A stretch of DNA of 64,000 nt. Origin: a bacterium. GTDB taxonomy: Bacteria; UBA8248. Each line of letters opens with the position of its first letter. Position 1 is the stretch's first letter. Of the stretch, positions 9,804 to 19,053 are shown one piece after another. The notes below the pieces were generated by a model, which did no database searches, was not told the DNA's origin, and saw only the letters and a program-made list of their open reading frames with translations. Where the stretch lies: positions 1,248,001-1,312,000 of the forward strand of contig CBDBBI010000010.1 of NCBI GenBank assembly GCA_965202625.1, in the 5' to 3' direction. The translations under genes were made by a program, and so were the position numbers.

Positions 9804-10785
9804 CGCTCGCATCCTCCGGCGGCAGGGACGCCCCGCCCTTGTAGAAGGCGCGCCTCATGGTGTGGTTCATCTCCGTGAAGTCCCCTTCTCCGCGCGACTC
9901 GTCCACCACGCGCTGCACCAGGCTGAACTTGGCGTCCATGTCGTCGGCGTAGTGGAGCAGGAGCGCCTCCTTCGACATGGGCGTTTTCACGGTTCCCCAC
10001 TCCGGCTGCCCCTGGTGCGAGAGGAGGAGGTGTTCGAGGTGAAGGAGAAAATCCTCGGGCAGCGTTTCGCCTTGGGGAAAGACGCCCGCGCGCCCCGCCC
10101 AGTCACGCGCGACGTCGCGCCCCATCGCCACGTGGCCGACGAGCCGACCCCTAGCGGTGTAGTGGACGCCGCCCTCGGTCGAGAGCTCCTCCATCTTTCC
10201 AACGTCGTGCAAAAGCGCGCCGGCGACGAGCAGATCTTTAGAGACTCCGTATTTGTCCGCGAGATAAAGACATGTTTTCGTGACGGACAGGGTGTGCTCC
10301 AGCAGGCCGCCGAGATAGGCATGATGAATGCGCTGCGAGGCGGGCCACTCGCGGAATTTTTCCTCATACCCGTTGAGTATCGCGGTGAGATACGCGGCCA
10401 CGAGCGGGTGGCAGCCGCCCGCTATGCGCTTCGTCTCCTCCCACATCACGTCGACGTCGTAGGGCGTTCGCCGCACGTAGTCCTCGCGCCGAAACCCGCT
10501 CTCATAGTCCTGATCGCTCACCCTGCGAACGCGCTCGACTTTCAGCTGCAACTGGCCCTTGTAGCTCTCCGCAACGGCGCGCACCTTGATGAAATCCCCC
10601 GCCCCCACGATGCCCTCCACCTGGGTCGAGGGCTCCCAGACTTTAGCGGAAATCTCGCCCGTAGCGTCCTCGAGCCACAAATCGAGATACTCCCTGCCCG
10701 CCCTGCTCAGGCGCGCCTCGTATTCCTTGACCCTGAAAAACGAATCGAATCGCTCGCCCTCTTTCAACGCCGCCACCTGCGCCAC
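9796..10785 (-). CDS. OB-fold + HD-domain 3'-5' exoribonuclease, YhaM/Cbf1 family
   Basis: N-terminal OB fold (YLDLWLEDATGEISAKVWE), HHAYLGGLLEHT, LLHDVGK, LSHQG, HYADDMDAK. GTG start inferred from a GGAGGAG RBS. Confidence 0.9.
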   Translation of the reverse strand: MAQVAALKEGERFDSFFRVKEYEARLSRAGREYLDLWLEDATGEISAKVWEPSTQVEGIVGAGDFIKVRAVAESYKGQLQLKVERVRRVSDQDYESGFRREDYVRRTPYDVDVMWEETKRIAGGCHPLVAAYLTAILNGYEEKFREWPASQRIHHAYLGGLLEHTLSVTKTCLYLADKYGVSKDLLVAGALLHDVGKMEELSTEGGVHYTARGRLVGHVAMGRDVARDWAGRAGVFPQGETLPEDFLLHLEHLLLSHQGQPEWGTVKTPMSKEALLLHYADDMDAKFSLVQRVVDESRGEGDFTEMNHTMRRAFYKGGASLPPEDASDA

Positions 10786-11002
10786 GCGCCCGCTCCTCCC
10801 AAACGCCCGCTTCCGCTTTTTCATTCGGAGACGGCATTGTAGGGGCAACAAGTCCACATTCTCAATGATAGATACTTGGCCCTATTCCTATTTTTAAGAT
10901 TAGTGTATGTTTCCTCTTTACGCAGCCCAAAGACTGTAATCAAAACAAAAAAACTCCGTATAATTATTTTGTCTCTTATATTCAAAGCGTAGAAACAAAA
11001 TA

Positions 11003-12877
11003 ATGACTCATCAACCAAAAGAATTATCTCCTCAATCACTCGCCTCCTACTATTGCCTCGCTCACGATGAGATGCGGGGCATCGACGGACTTCAGCCTTC
11101 GGATGCGCTGGACGAACTCTTAAAATACTTACTTTACAAGACGATGGATGAGGAGTGCGACATTCCGGTTGAACGAATCGAAGCCTTCACGCCCCAAGAG
11201 ACCACTAAGGACATCGTTGCCAAGATCAAGCACCGTCTTCGCCATTATTTGAACGCACAGAATGCATCCGTTCGAGAACTATTCCAGTCCGATGATTTCC
11301 GCATGTCCGACCATTGTCTGGCCAAAATCCATGAAATACTTGGAAACATCACCTTCAAGACCCTTTCCTTCGATATAAGGAGCACCGCCCTCCGCTCGTT
11401 CCTGAGTGCTGACCTTCGGAAGGGGCTGGGCATATTCTTGACGCCGGATGAGGTCGTGGAAGAGACAGTGAGTTTTTTTCAGTTTTCAGATCGCGCGACG
11501 ATCCTCGATCCGGCATGTGGCTCAGGAACTTTTCTGCTATCTGCGATGTGCCATGCTAGGAATCGCGTATCCCTCGTGGGAATGGATAAGAGCCCGCGCA
11601 TGATGCTCCTCGCCCATCTGAACATGGCGAGCGCATCTTGGCGGTGGAGAGTTTGCGACGCCCTGCGACATTCCGAGTATGAGGAATGGATGCCCTCATC
11701 GAACGTCGATTACATCCTGACGAATCCCCCATTTGGCGTAATCGTCGATCATCGGAATTATCCTTTGATAGATTTCCAGACTGCTCGCAACGGAAACGGT
11801 TTTTTCGCCAAACGCCAATCAAGCGAACTTCTATTCCTTGAGCAAAGCGTCAAACTCCTCAAACCCGATGGATGGATAGGCATCGTCCTTCCTAGAAGCG
11901 TCGTTAACACCGTCAGCAATGCGCCCGGGCGATCCACCCTAGGGAATATGGCCGCGGTCCGGGCGATCATCATCCTTCCGCCGGAGACATTTGGAGCGAC
12001 TGGCACAATGACCAACACGGTCGTCTTGTTCGCCCAGAAATTTGGGACTACTCTCTCCCCTAGGGACACCATCTCGCCTTGCGTCGCTCAAATTGAGAAC
12101 GTGGGATTTGATTTAACGGGACGTGCGAGAGAGGGGAATCAACTGCCGGGGCTCGGCACCGCCTTGCGTTCCGCAGTTCTATCGCGCTTGACGGATCCCC
12201 GAATCGCGATCCTGGATGACATGCCCGCCGGTTCGACTTTTGAAGCACTCCCCCAAATGGTGAAAAATGACCCCTCAAGGAAGATTGCGAGTAAAGCACT
12301 CGACGAAATGGCACATTGCGTCTCCATTGGCAAGACCCCCTCTCGAAGCGCATACTCGGATGGGGGCCTCTTCCTGATTAAGGTTGGGAATCTAACAGGC
12401 GCGGGCATCCAATGGATACCCCGCGATAGAAACTATACGGCCCCCCATCCGCGATACGACAAAGACCACATGAGACTCCAACCAAACGACATACTGCTCA
12501 CTTCTTCTGCCCACAATCCAAAGTACATCGCAAAGAAAATTGACATCATCACTGAATTTCCCAAGTGGGTTGGCGAGACGGCATCCTACGTTGGAGAGGT
12601 CATGCTCGTTCGCCCCAACCCCGATCTCATCGACCCCTTCACGCTCCTAGCCTATCTTCGTCTGCCGTCGGTCATATCTCAAATACACCGCATGATACGC
12701 GGCCAAACCGCTCATCTTTATCCTAGGGATCTACTCGAACTTCCGATTGATATGGAGATACTGACTGCGAGTCCAAAAATCAAGGAACTAGCATCACTTG
12801 CAAGGAAAGAAGCCGAGATGAGCACAGTCATGAATCAGTTGGCGTGGGAGCAACTATGTCTCTCTCGTGTTGTTTAG
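11003..12877 (+). CDS. N6-adenine DNA methyltransferase (HsdM-like) fused to a C-terminal HsdS-like target recognition domain
   Basis: GIFLTP, DPACGSGTFL, NPPF, GIVLP in gamma order; the C-terminal third has TRD-like GKTPSR...IKVGNL...DILLTS...GQTAHLY. Confidence 0.9.
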   Translation: MTHQPKELSPQSLASYYCLAHDEMRGIDGLQPSDALDELLKYLLYKTMDEECDIPVERIEAFTPQETTKDIVAKIKHRLRHYLNAQNASVRELFQSDDFRMSDHCLAKIHEILGNITFKTLSFDIRSTALRSFLSADLRKGLGIFLTPDEVVEETVSFFQFSDRATILDPACGSGTFLLSAMCHARNRVSLVGMDKSPRMMLLAHLNMASASWRWRVCDALRHSEYEEWMPSSNVDYILTNPPFGVIVDHRNYPLIDFQTARNGNGFFAKRQSSELLFLEQSVKLLKPDGWIGIVLPRSVVNTVSNAPGRSTLGNMAAVRAIIILPPETFGATGTMTNTVVLFAQKFGTTLSPRDTISPCVAQIENVGFDLTGRAREGNQLPGLGTALRSAVLSRLTDPRIAILDDMPAGSTFEALPQMVKNDPSRKIASKALDEMAHCVSIGKTPSRSAYSDGGLFLIKVGNLTGAGIQWIPRDRNYTAPHPRYDKDHMRLQPNDILLTSSAHNPKYIAKKIDIITEFPKWVGETASYVGEVMLVRPNPDLIDPFTLLAYLRLPSVISQIHRMIRGQTAHLYPRDLLELPIDMEILTASPKIKELASLARKEAEMSTVMNQLAWEQLCLSRVV

Positions 12878-13842
12878 GCAAGACCACTATCCATTAGAGA
12901 CTTAATCAAATTTTCAGGCAACGCTCTAATTCTCTCTCGAATACCTGACCAATAAACTGATATCGCCAGCGTGTGAAGAACTCTTTTGGTATTAACTTTA
13001 TCACTCTCAATAAGCATATTAAGTCTGTCAAGCCCCTCTCGAACATTATTAAATACAATATCACCATAACCAAGACGCTTACCAAAATCTTTTATCTTGT
13101 AAATATCGAGATTCCGGGACCTCGAATATAATGTAAGGTTGATTTTTGTTTGATGCTGGGACATATCTCGACTTGGGAATATCTCCGTGTCGATTGAATC
13201 ATCACTTAAAATATATGACCGATATACGAGTTTTGGATTCATTAAGTCAAATTTCATTTGAAATGGCCAAAGATTAAAAGGGGCTTTAGAGCGAGACTGT
13301 GCGCGAATGTTCTCAAAATAATCAATTATGCAATAAGCAAAGCCGGGCGAACGAGGATTTACTTCCCAAATCGATACTCGAATTGTATGGGGACTATTAA
13401 GGTCAGTAAAATCAAATAACACAAAATAGTAATATTTCGGTTCAAGAATCTTTGCATACTCTTCTTCATGCCGAATTGAGATAAGCCATTTCGAATCATC
13501 GTTTCGTTTCAAATTAGATGAATCACACTCAGAGCATTTTCGCTCAATAGAAGCGACAACAGCACCACATGAATTACACTTACCAAGTTGGTCAACACGA
13601 TAGCAGGTCTTTATTTCCCCGTATTCTCTTGACGAAATTACTAGATCACGTCCACGAGCACCAGAACGTCCTCCTGGATATCCGGTAACGACAGATACTA
13701 GATGTTGTCCCACATAACCCATACGTGCCTGAGTAGTTTGTTTCGTAATGGACGCCCACTTATTGACCCGATGGCGAAGATCGATGTAAAGCTCTCTAAT
13801 CAGTTCTTCCGAAGCTTCAATGCTTCCGAGCATATCAGGCAT
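12874..13842 (-). CDS. Type II restriction endonuclease, MamI-like family
   Basis: ARMGYVGQHLVSVVTGYPGGRSGARGRDL...GEIKTC resembles the RE_MamI family (from memory); CxxC..CxxC zinc ribbon; strongly AT-rich; convergent with the MTase. Confidence 0.8.
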   Translation of the reverse strand: MPDMLGSIEASEELIRELYIDLRHRVNKWASITKQTTQARMGYVGQHLVSVVTGYPGGRSGARGRDLVISSREYGEIKTCYRVDQLGKCNSCGAVVASIERKCSECDSSNLKRNDDSKWLISIRHEEEYAKILEPKYYYFVLFDFTDLNSPHTIRVSIWEVNPRSPGFAYCIIDYFENIRAQSRSKAPFNLWPFQMKFDLMNPKLVYRSYILSDDSIDTEIFPSRDMSQHQTKINLTLYSRSRNLDIYKIKDFGKRLGYGDIVFNNVREGLDRLNMLIESDKVNTKRVLHTLAISVYWSGIRERIRALPENLIKSLMDSGLA

Positions 13843-13846
13843 GTTT

Positions 13847-14068
13847 TTAATCTCGTGATATTAACTCGGTGACTTCACACCCAAACGCATCAGCAATCTT
13901 TTGCAGTGTGCCAACAGTTATGTTTCGCTCACCACGTTCTATTGCACCTATGTAAGTACGATGAAGACCACATAACTCAGCAAATGTTTCTTGCGACAGA
14001 CCGACGGATTCACGGCGGCGGCGAATTTCATTAGCAAGTTTTATTTTCAGAAGTTCTGAGCGACTCAT
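13847..14068 (-). CDS. RM controller (C) protein, XRE/Cro HTH
   Basis: LSQETFAELCGLHRTYIGAIERGERNIT is typical of C proteins; directly upstream of and co-oriented with the REase. Confidence 0.9.
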   Translation of the reverse strand: MSRSELLKIKLANEIRRRRESVGLSQETFAELCGLHRTYIGAIERGERNITVGTLQKIADAFGCEVTELISRD

Positions 14069-14091
14069 TCGGCCAAGATCGTCTAGGAAAT

Positions 14092-14117
14092 GACTTTGTA
14101 TCTACAGACTAAACATA
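14092..14117 (-). promoter_or_regulatory. C-box operator for the controller protein
   Basis: Minus strand TATGTTTAGTC-TGTA-GATACAAAGTC resembles the C.PvuII-type GACT-N3-AGTC-TGTA-GACT-N3-AGTC pattern, about 24 nt upstream of the C gene ATG. Confidence 0.75.
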
Positions 14118-14345
14118 GCATCACCTTGAAAAACTAATAAGATCAATCTATTTTCCAATTGCCCATTTCTCAAACCATATCGGCGAATGACCGCTTCTCG
14201 AAGATATGATATGATGAATGTGCAAGCGGGCGGATGAGGTTTGTCGTGTGGATGCCCTGGCGGCGGTGGCGTCAGCCTTCTTTTCTCCTCATCCCCATGA
14301 AGACGCCCGCATGAACGCCGCCCCCAGGACCGCATGAGGCGATCG

Positions 14346-14852
14346 ATGAGAAAAACGTCTCTCCTCATTCCCGCGCTGGCCCTTGCCATCCTCCTGAACG
14401 CGCCCGTCTTCGCCCAGGAGGACGCACGGCCGCAAAGACGCCTCACCGCGCGCGTCTCCAAGGTGTATGACGGGGTGAGTTTCCAGCTCGCCGGCGGCTT
14501 GCGCTCCTCCCTGATCGGGGTGTCTCCCCCCTCTCCGGGAGCACCGGGCAGCGCCCAGGCGCACGCAACGCTCAAGCGCCTGCTCGAGAACAGGACCGTG
14601 CTCCTCGAAATCGACGAGCGGCCGGTCGACGGCTACGGACAGCTCCAATACTACGTCTTCCTCCAGGACGGGGCGCACGTGAACGTGCTCATGGTGCTTA
14701 GGGGGCTGGGCCGCGCGCTCGTCAAGCACCCCAACGTGCGCTATCGCAAGGAGCTGATAGAGGCGGAGAACATCGCAAAAAACTACCGACGGGGCATCTG
14801 GGGAGACGAATTCGACCCGCGCGACCGGACAAGCCGCCCCTTTCGCCATTGA
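14346..14852 (+). CDS. Exported thermonuclease (SNase)-fold protein, catalytic residues degenerate
   Basis: Sec signal peptide (MRKTSLLIPALALAILLNAPVFA), VSKVYDG, VNVLMVLRGLG, AENIAKNYRRGIW. Confidence 0.8.
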   Translation: MRKTSLLIPALALAILLNAPVFAQEDARPQRRLTARVSKVYDGVSFQLAGGLRSSLIGVSPPSPGAPGSAQAHATLKRLLENRTVLLEIDERPVDGYGQLQYYVFLQDGAHVNVLMVLRGLGRALVKHPNVRYRKELIEAENIAKNYRRGIWGDEFDPRDRTSRPFRH

Positions 14853-14985
14853 TTTGATACGGACGAATCCGGCAAAACTATCAAACCACAAACCACTCGC
14901 AACCTTTCATACGGGCGAAACCGGTAGAAGCATCCGCTCATGAGGGGCGGACCATCATGCCGACCCACTGAAGACGTAGCCCGCC

Positions 14986-15085
14986 TTTACAGCCAAACAA
15001 AAATAATTGCGAACGGGCTGAAAAACAGCCGTTTTTCGGGGCGTAAACGGCTTGTAAAAAGGCCATGCAAGGGCGTTGCAAAAGC
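14986..15085. repeat. Dispersed intergenic repeat, copy 1
   Basis: AGCCAAACAAAAATAATTGCGAAC...GCCGTTTTTCGG.GCGTAAAC...TGCAAGGGCGTTGCAAAAG matches the reverse complement of 58305-58440, with an internal deletion. Confidence 0.85.
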
Positions 15086-15295
15086 CGCACAAAACAGACC
15101 GCCGAGCGTGATGGCGGCGAGGGGACACCCAAACGTTGCCTTCGGGAGAGTTCCCGTAAAAGGAACGAACGGAAAAAAAGCGGACGTTGGAATTTCAGCA
15201 GCGGATGGCTGGTCGTCCAAGGCCGGGTGCGGTGGTTCGCCTGATTTTTTGCGCCTTCATTCCTTGTGCTCGCCGCATTCGCGCAAGTTCATCTT

Positions 15296-16090
15296 CTATG
15301 CACCCTCGGCTTCAGCCGATCCCTTCGTGGGCGCGCCGCCTCCTGAGTGCTCACCCATGAACGGGCGCAGCAGATCCAGAGGGAGGGGGAAGACGATAGT
15401 GGAGTTGTTCTCGGTAGCGACCTCCGAGAGAGTTTGCAGGAACCGAAGCTGAAGCGCGCCCGGGGCCGTGGCGATGGTGGCGGCGGCCTCGGAGAGACGC
15501 GCGCTCGCCTGGTATTCGCCCTCCGCGTGAATGACCTTGGCGCGGCGCTCGCGCTCCGCCTCGGCTTGGCGGGCGATGGCGCGCTGCATCTCGCTGGGAA
15601 GGTCCACGTGCTTGAGCTCCACGTTGGTGACCTTGATGCCCCACGGGTCCGTGGCGTGGTCGAGAAGCTCCTGAAGCTGGCCGTTGATCTTCTCCCGTTC
15701 GGAGAGCAGGTCGTCCAGGTCCATCTGGCCCAGCACGCTCCTGAGCGTGGTCTGGCTCAACTGGCCCGTGGCGTAGAGAAAATCCTCCACCTCAATGATC
15801 GCGCGCTCGGGGTTCAGAACGCGAAAATAGACCACGGCGTTCACCTTCACCGACACGTTGTCCTTCGTGACGATGTCCTGGGGCGGCACGTCCATCGTCA
15901 CCAGCCGCAGGCCCACGCGCGTCATGCGGTCGATCACCGGAAGAACGATGATGAGACCCGGGCCCTTCGTGGAGTGGAACCGGCCCAGGCGGAAGATAAC
16001 GCCGCGCTCATATTCGTTCAGGACGCGGATGGCGCTAACGAAGAACAGCAACACGATGAGGACGACGACGATGAGGCCGATCGGATTCAT
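15296..16090 (-). CDS. SPFH/stomatin-like (slipin) protein
   Basis: [58 protein letters not shown]. Confidence 0.96.
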   Translation of the reverse strand: MNPIGLIVVVLIVLLFFVSAIRVLNEYERGVIFRLGRFHSTKGPGLIIVLPVIDRMTRVGLRLVTMDVPPQDIVTKDNVSVKVNAVVYFRVLNPERAIIEVEDFLYATGQLSQTTLRSVLGQMDLDDLLSEREKINGQLQELLDHATDPWGIKVTNVELKHVDLPSEMQRAIARQAEAERERRAKVIHAEGEYQASARLSEAAATIATAPGALQLRFLQTLSEVATENNSTIVFPLPLDLLRPFMGEHSGGGAPTKGSAEAEGA

Positions 16091-17419
16091 TTACCCACTC
16101 TCCTTCTCTACGCGGAGTCTAAGACCATCTACCGACATTACGCGGACCTTGTCGCCGACTTCGAGGCGATCGCGCGAATCCGCCAGCCATATCTCGCCGC
16201 GCACACGAATTTTGGCCGGCGCCTCCCCCTCGGGCGGTGCGCTGACGACTCCGCCCAGAGCGAGCATTCCCTCCGAACCCGATACCGGCTGCGACTGCTG
16301 GGCGCGAAAGCCCAGGCCCACGACCCAGACGAAGAACATGGCCGTTCCAGCCACCGCGGGGAGGATGACCTTGAGGCTGATCTGCAGATAGGGGTCCGGA
16401 GAGTCGATGAGCATGACCGAGCCGAGCGTCATCGCGATGATTCCGCCGATGGTGAGCCCCCCGTAGCTCACCACCTGAATCTCCAGAAGAAACATGATGA
16501 CGGCGAGCCCCAGCAAAAGAAGGCCCACGTAGTTCACCGGCAGAACCTTCAGGGCGTAGAGGGCGAGGAGGAGGCTGATGGCGCCCACAACACCGGGAAG
16601 GATGGCGCCAGGGTTCGAGAGCTCGAAGAACAGCCCATACATGCCCAGAAGCATCAGGATATAGGCGATGTTGGGGTCGCTCAGAAGGGTGAGCACCTTC
16701 TGGCGCCAGCTGCGGCCGAGACGGATCTCCTCAGCGCCTCTGGTCGCCAGGGTGACGGTGGCTCCGCCGGCGAGCTTTATCTTCTTGCCGTCAACCGCCA
16801 GCAGGAGGGATTTGACGTCCGTCGCCACGAGGTCAATGACCTTTTGCTTCAAGGCCTCCGACTCGTCCACGGATATCGCCTCTCGAACCGCGCTCTCCGC
16901 CCATTCGGTGTTGCGCCCCGTGCGGGAGGCCACCGCACGCGCGAAAGCGGCCACGTCGTTCATCACCTTTTTGCGCATGTCTCCCTGAATCTGCTTTCCG
17001 CCGCCTGCGACGGGAGAGGCGGCGCCGATGTTCGTGCCCGGCGCCATGGCGGCGATATGGGCCGACATCGTGATGAACGTGCCGGCGGAGGCCGCCTGCG
17101 CCCCTCCCGGAGCGACGTATACCGCCACGGGCACGTCCGAGCCGAAGATGGATTTCACGATGTCGCGCGTGCTGGACACCAGGCCGCCCGGAGTGTCAAG
17201 ACGGATGACGAGAAGCTGCGCCCCCCTTCGGGCGGCCTCCTCAATGCCGAAGGCGATGTATTCCGAAGTCCCTGGCGATATGGCGTCGGCGACGTCCAAC
17301 ACCAGGACGGGAGGCGTTTTCTGCGCCGAGGCGACGTGGTAGATGGCCAGCGCCGCACCCATCGCCACCCAAAAGCCCAAAACCGCCAGACGCGCCCTTC
17401 TGTGAAATCTCCTCGACAT
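16091..17419 (-). CDS. nfeD: NfeD (long form) membrane-bound serine protease
   Basis: ClpP-like LDTPGG, AASAG, IGAASPV; transmembrane region; C-terminal OB fold VRGEIW; adjacent to the SPFH gene. Confidence 0.93.
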   Translation of the reverse strand: MSRRFHRRARLAVLGFWVAMGAALAIYHVASAQKTPPVLVLDVADAISPGTSEYIAFGIEEAARRGAQLLVIRLDTPGGLVSSTRDIVKSIFGSDVPVAVYVAPGGAQAASAGTFITMSAHIAAMAPGTNIGAASPVAGGGKQIQGDMRKKVMNDVAAFARAVASRTGRNTEWAESAVREAISVDESEALKQKVIDLVATDVKSLLLAVDGKKIKLAGGATVTLATRGAEEIRLGRSWRQKVLTLLSDPNIAYILMLLGMYGLFFELSNPGAILPGVVGAISLLLALYALKVLPVNYVGLLLLGLAVIMFLLEIQVVSYGGLTIGGIIAMTLGSVMLIDSPDPYLQISLKVILPAVAGTAMFFVWVVGLGFRAQQSQPVSGSEGMLALGGVVSAPPEGEAPAKIRVRGEIWLADSRDRLEVGDKVRVMSVDGLRLRVEKESG

Positions 17420-17500
17420 TCCATCCCTCAAAAGCGGCGACATCAACTCCCGCATCCTATCACAAAAGAGAACGTCTCATCGGCCGGCCCACCGCGCGCC

Positions 17501-18838
17501 TCAGACGTCCAGGGCAAGAAGCACCCCGTCCAGAATCTCGACGGCCACGTCGATTTGACGCTTCTCGACGATCAAGGGCGGCAAGAACGCCAGAACGTTT
17601 CCATGGTGTCCCCCGGGATAGAGGAGGAGTCCTTTTTTCAAGGCCATGTCGCTCGCCCTCTTGGCGACGCGCAAAGGCTCCCGCGTCCTCTGATCGGCGA
17701 CCAGCTCGACCGCTATCATCAGCCCGCGCCCTCGAACCTCGCCGATGATGGAATGCCGCCCGGAGAGTGCCTCCAGCCTTTTCAGAAAATACGCGCCCAT
17801 CTCCAGGGAACGCTCGGCGAGCCTCTCCTCCTCATACACCTCAATGGAAGCAAGACCAGCGGCGCACGCCATGACGTTTCCCGCATAGGTACCGCTTTCG
17901 GTTCCGGGGCCCGAGGCGTCGGCGATCTCTTTTTTCGCCACGCAGGCGGCAAGCGGCAGACCCCCTGAAATCGATTTTCCCATCACGATCAGATCCGGCT
18001 CCACGTCCTCATACTGGTAGGCGAACGTCTTTCCCGTCCGGCAAAATCCGCTCATCACCTCATCAACGATGAGCAACGCACCGTGCCGATCGCACACTTC
18101 TCGAAGCGCTTTCAAAAACTCCGGGGGAGCCGGAATCATGCCGCCGTTCCCCTGAACCGGCTCGATGATGACGGCCGCCACCTCGCCCCAGCCGCTCGCC
18201 GGATTCGTGAGAAACTCATTGATGTAGCGAATCGTCCCCTCCCTGCATTTTTCCGCACCCTCGCCAAACGGGTTTCGATAAGGGTATGGATAGGGGACGT
18301 GATGAATTCCGGGGACAAGCGCACCCAGCCCTTCTCGCTGGTTTTTTCTGCCCATCAGGGCCACGGCGCCCAGGGTTCTGCCGTGGAACGCGCCCGTAAA
18401 ACCAACGATTTCATCGCGTCGCGTCGCCCGGCGGGCCATCTTCAGGGCGATTTCAGCCGCCTCGCTGCCGGAGGAGCCGAGAATCACGCTCTTGGGGGTC
18501 GGGCCCAAATCCAGCGAGAGAACCTTTTCGAGAAACTGGTTCCTCACGCTTGAGCCCAGCGACATGGCCTGATGGACTTCTCCCGCCTGTTCTCTCATCG
18601 CCGAGACGACCCGGGGATGACAATGACCCGCATTGAGGGAGCCAAAACCGGCGACGAAATCCAAAAACAAGTTGCCGTCCACGTCCTCGACCACCGCCCC
18701 CCGGGCGCGCTCGACGACGAGAGTTTCCGGACTCATGCCGAAGCTGAGCCCCGCGCGACCCTCCATCCTCCTGAGACGCTCAAGCTCCCTTCGGGTTTTG
18801 GGGCCCGGATGGGGAACCCGAAATTTCGGCGCTTCCAT
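17501..18838 (-). CDS. Class III PLP aminotransferase (4-aminobutyrate aminotransferase-like)
   Basis: DVDGNLFLDF, SGSEAAE, FHGRT, EPVQGNGG, DEVMSGFCRTG, MGKSISGGLP. Confidence 0.93.
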   Translation of the reverse strand: MEAPKFRVPHPGPKTRRELERLRRMEGRAGLSFGMSPETLVVERARGAVVEDVDGNLFLDFVAGFGSLNAGHCHPRVVSAMREQAGEVHQAMSLGSSVRNQFLEKVLSLDLGPTPKSVILGSSGSEAAEIALKMARRATRRDEIVGFTGAFHGRTLGAVALMGRKNQREGLGALVPGIHHVPYPYPYRNPFGEGAEKCREGTIRYINEFLTNPASGWGEVAAVIIEPVQGNGGMIPAPPEFLKALREVCDRHGALLIVDEVMSGFCRTGKTFAYQYEDVEPDLIVMGKSISGGLPLAACVAKKEIADASGPGTESGTYAGNVMACAAGLASIEVYEEERLAERSLEMGAYFLKRLEALSGRHSIIGEVRGRGLMIAVELVADQRTREPLRVAKRASDMALKKGLLLYPGGHHGNVLAFLPPLIVEKRQIDVAVEILDGVLLALDV

Positions 18839-19053
18839 GTGGAAATCTCCCTCGCCGTCCACTTCTATCTGTTGTTACCATACACCAAAAAGGGCGAGGA
18901 GCCGATCTGTTCGTTTCGCAAAAACGCACCCCGGATGCGTGTCATTCATCCACGAATGTTATAAGATGCGAGACAAGCTGAAAAACTACCCATATTTGAA
19001 CCACGCTCGAAAACGCTGAGGTGCCCGTGAGCCGAAACGCTTCTGCTGGAAAG

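Noticed and set aside
15347-17968. Long antisense ORFs (e.g. 873 aa here, 617 aa at 1310, 599 aa at 54535, 618 aa at 58321)
   Set aside because: They are shadow frames opposite well-supported genes, expected at high GC.
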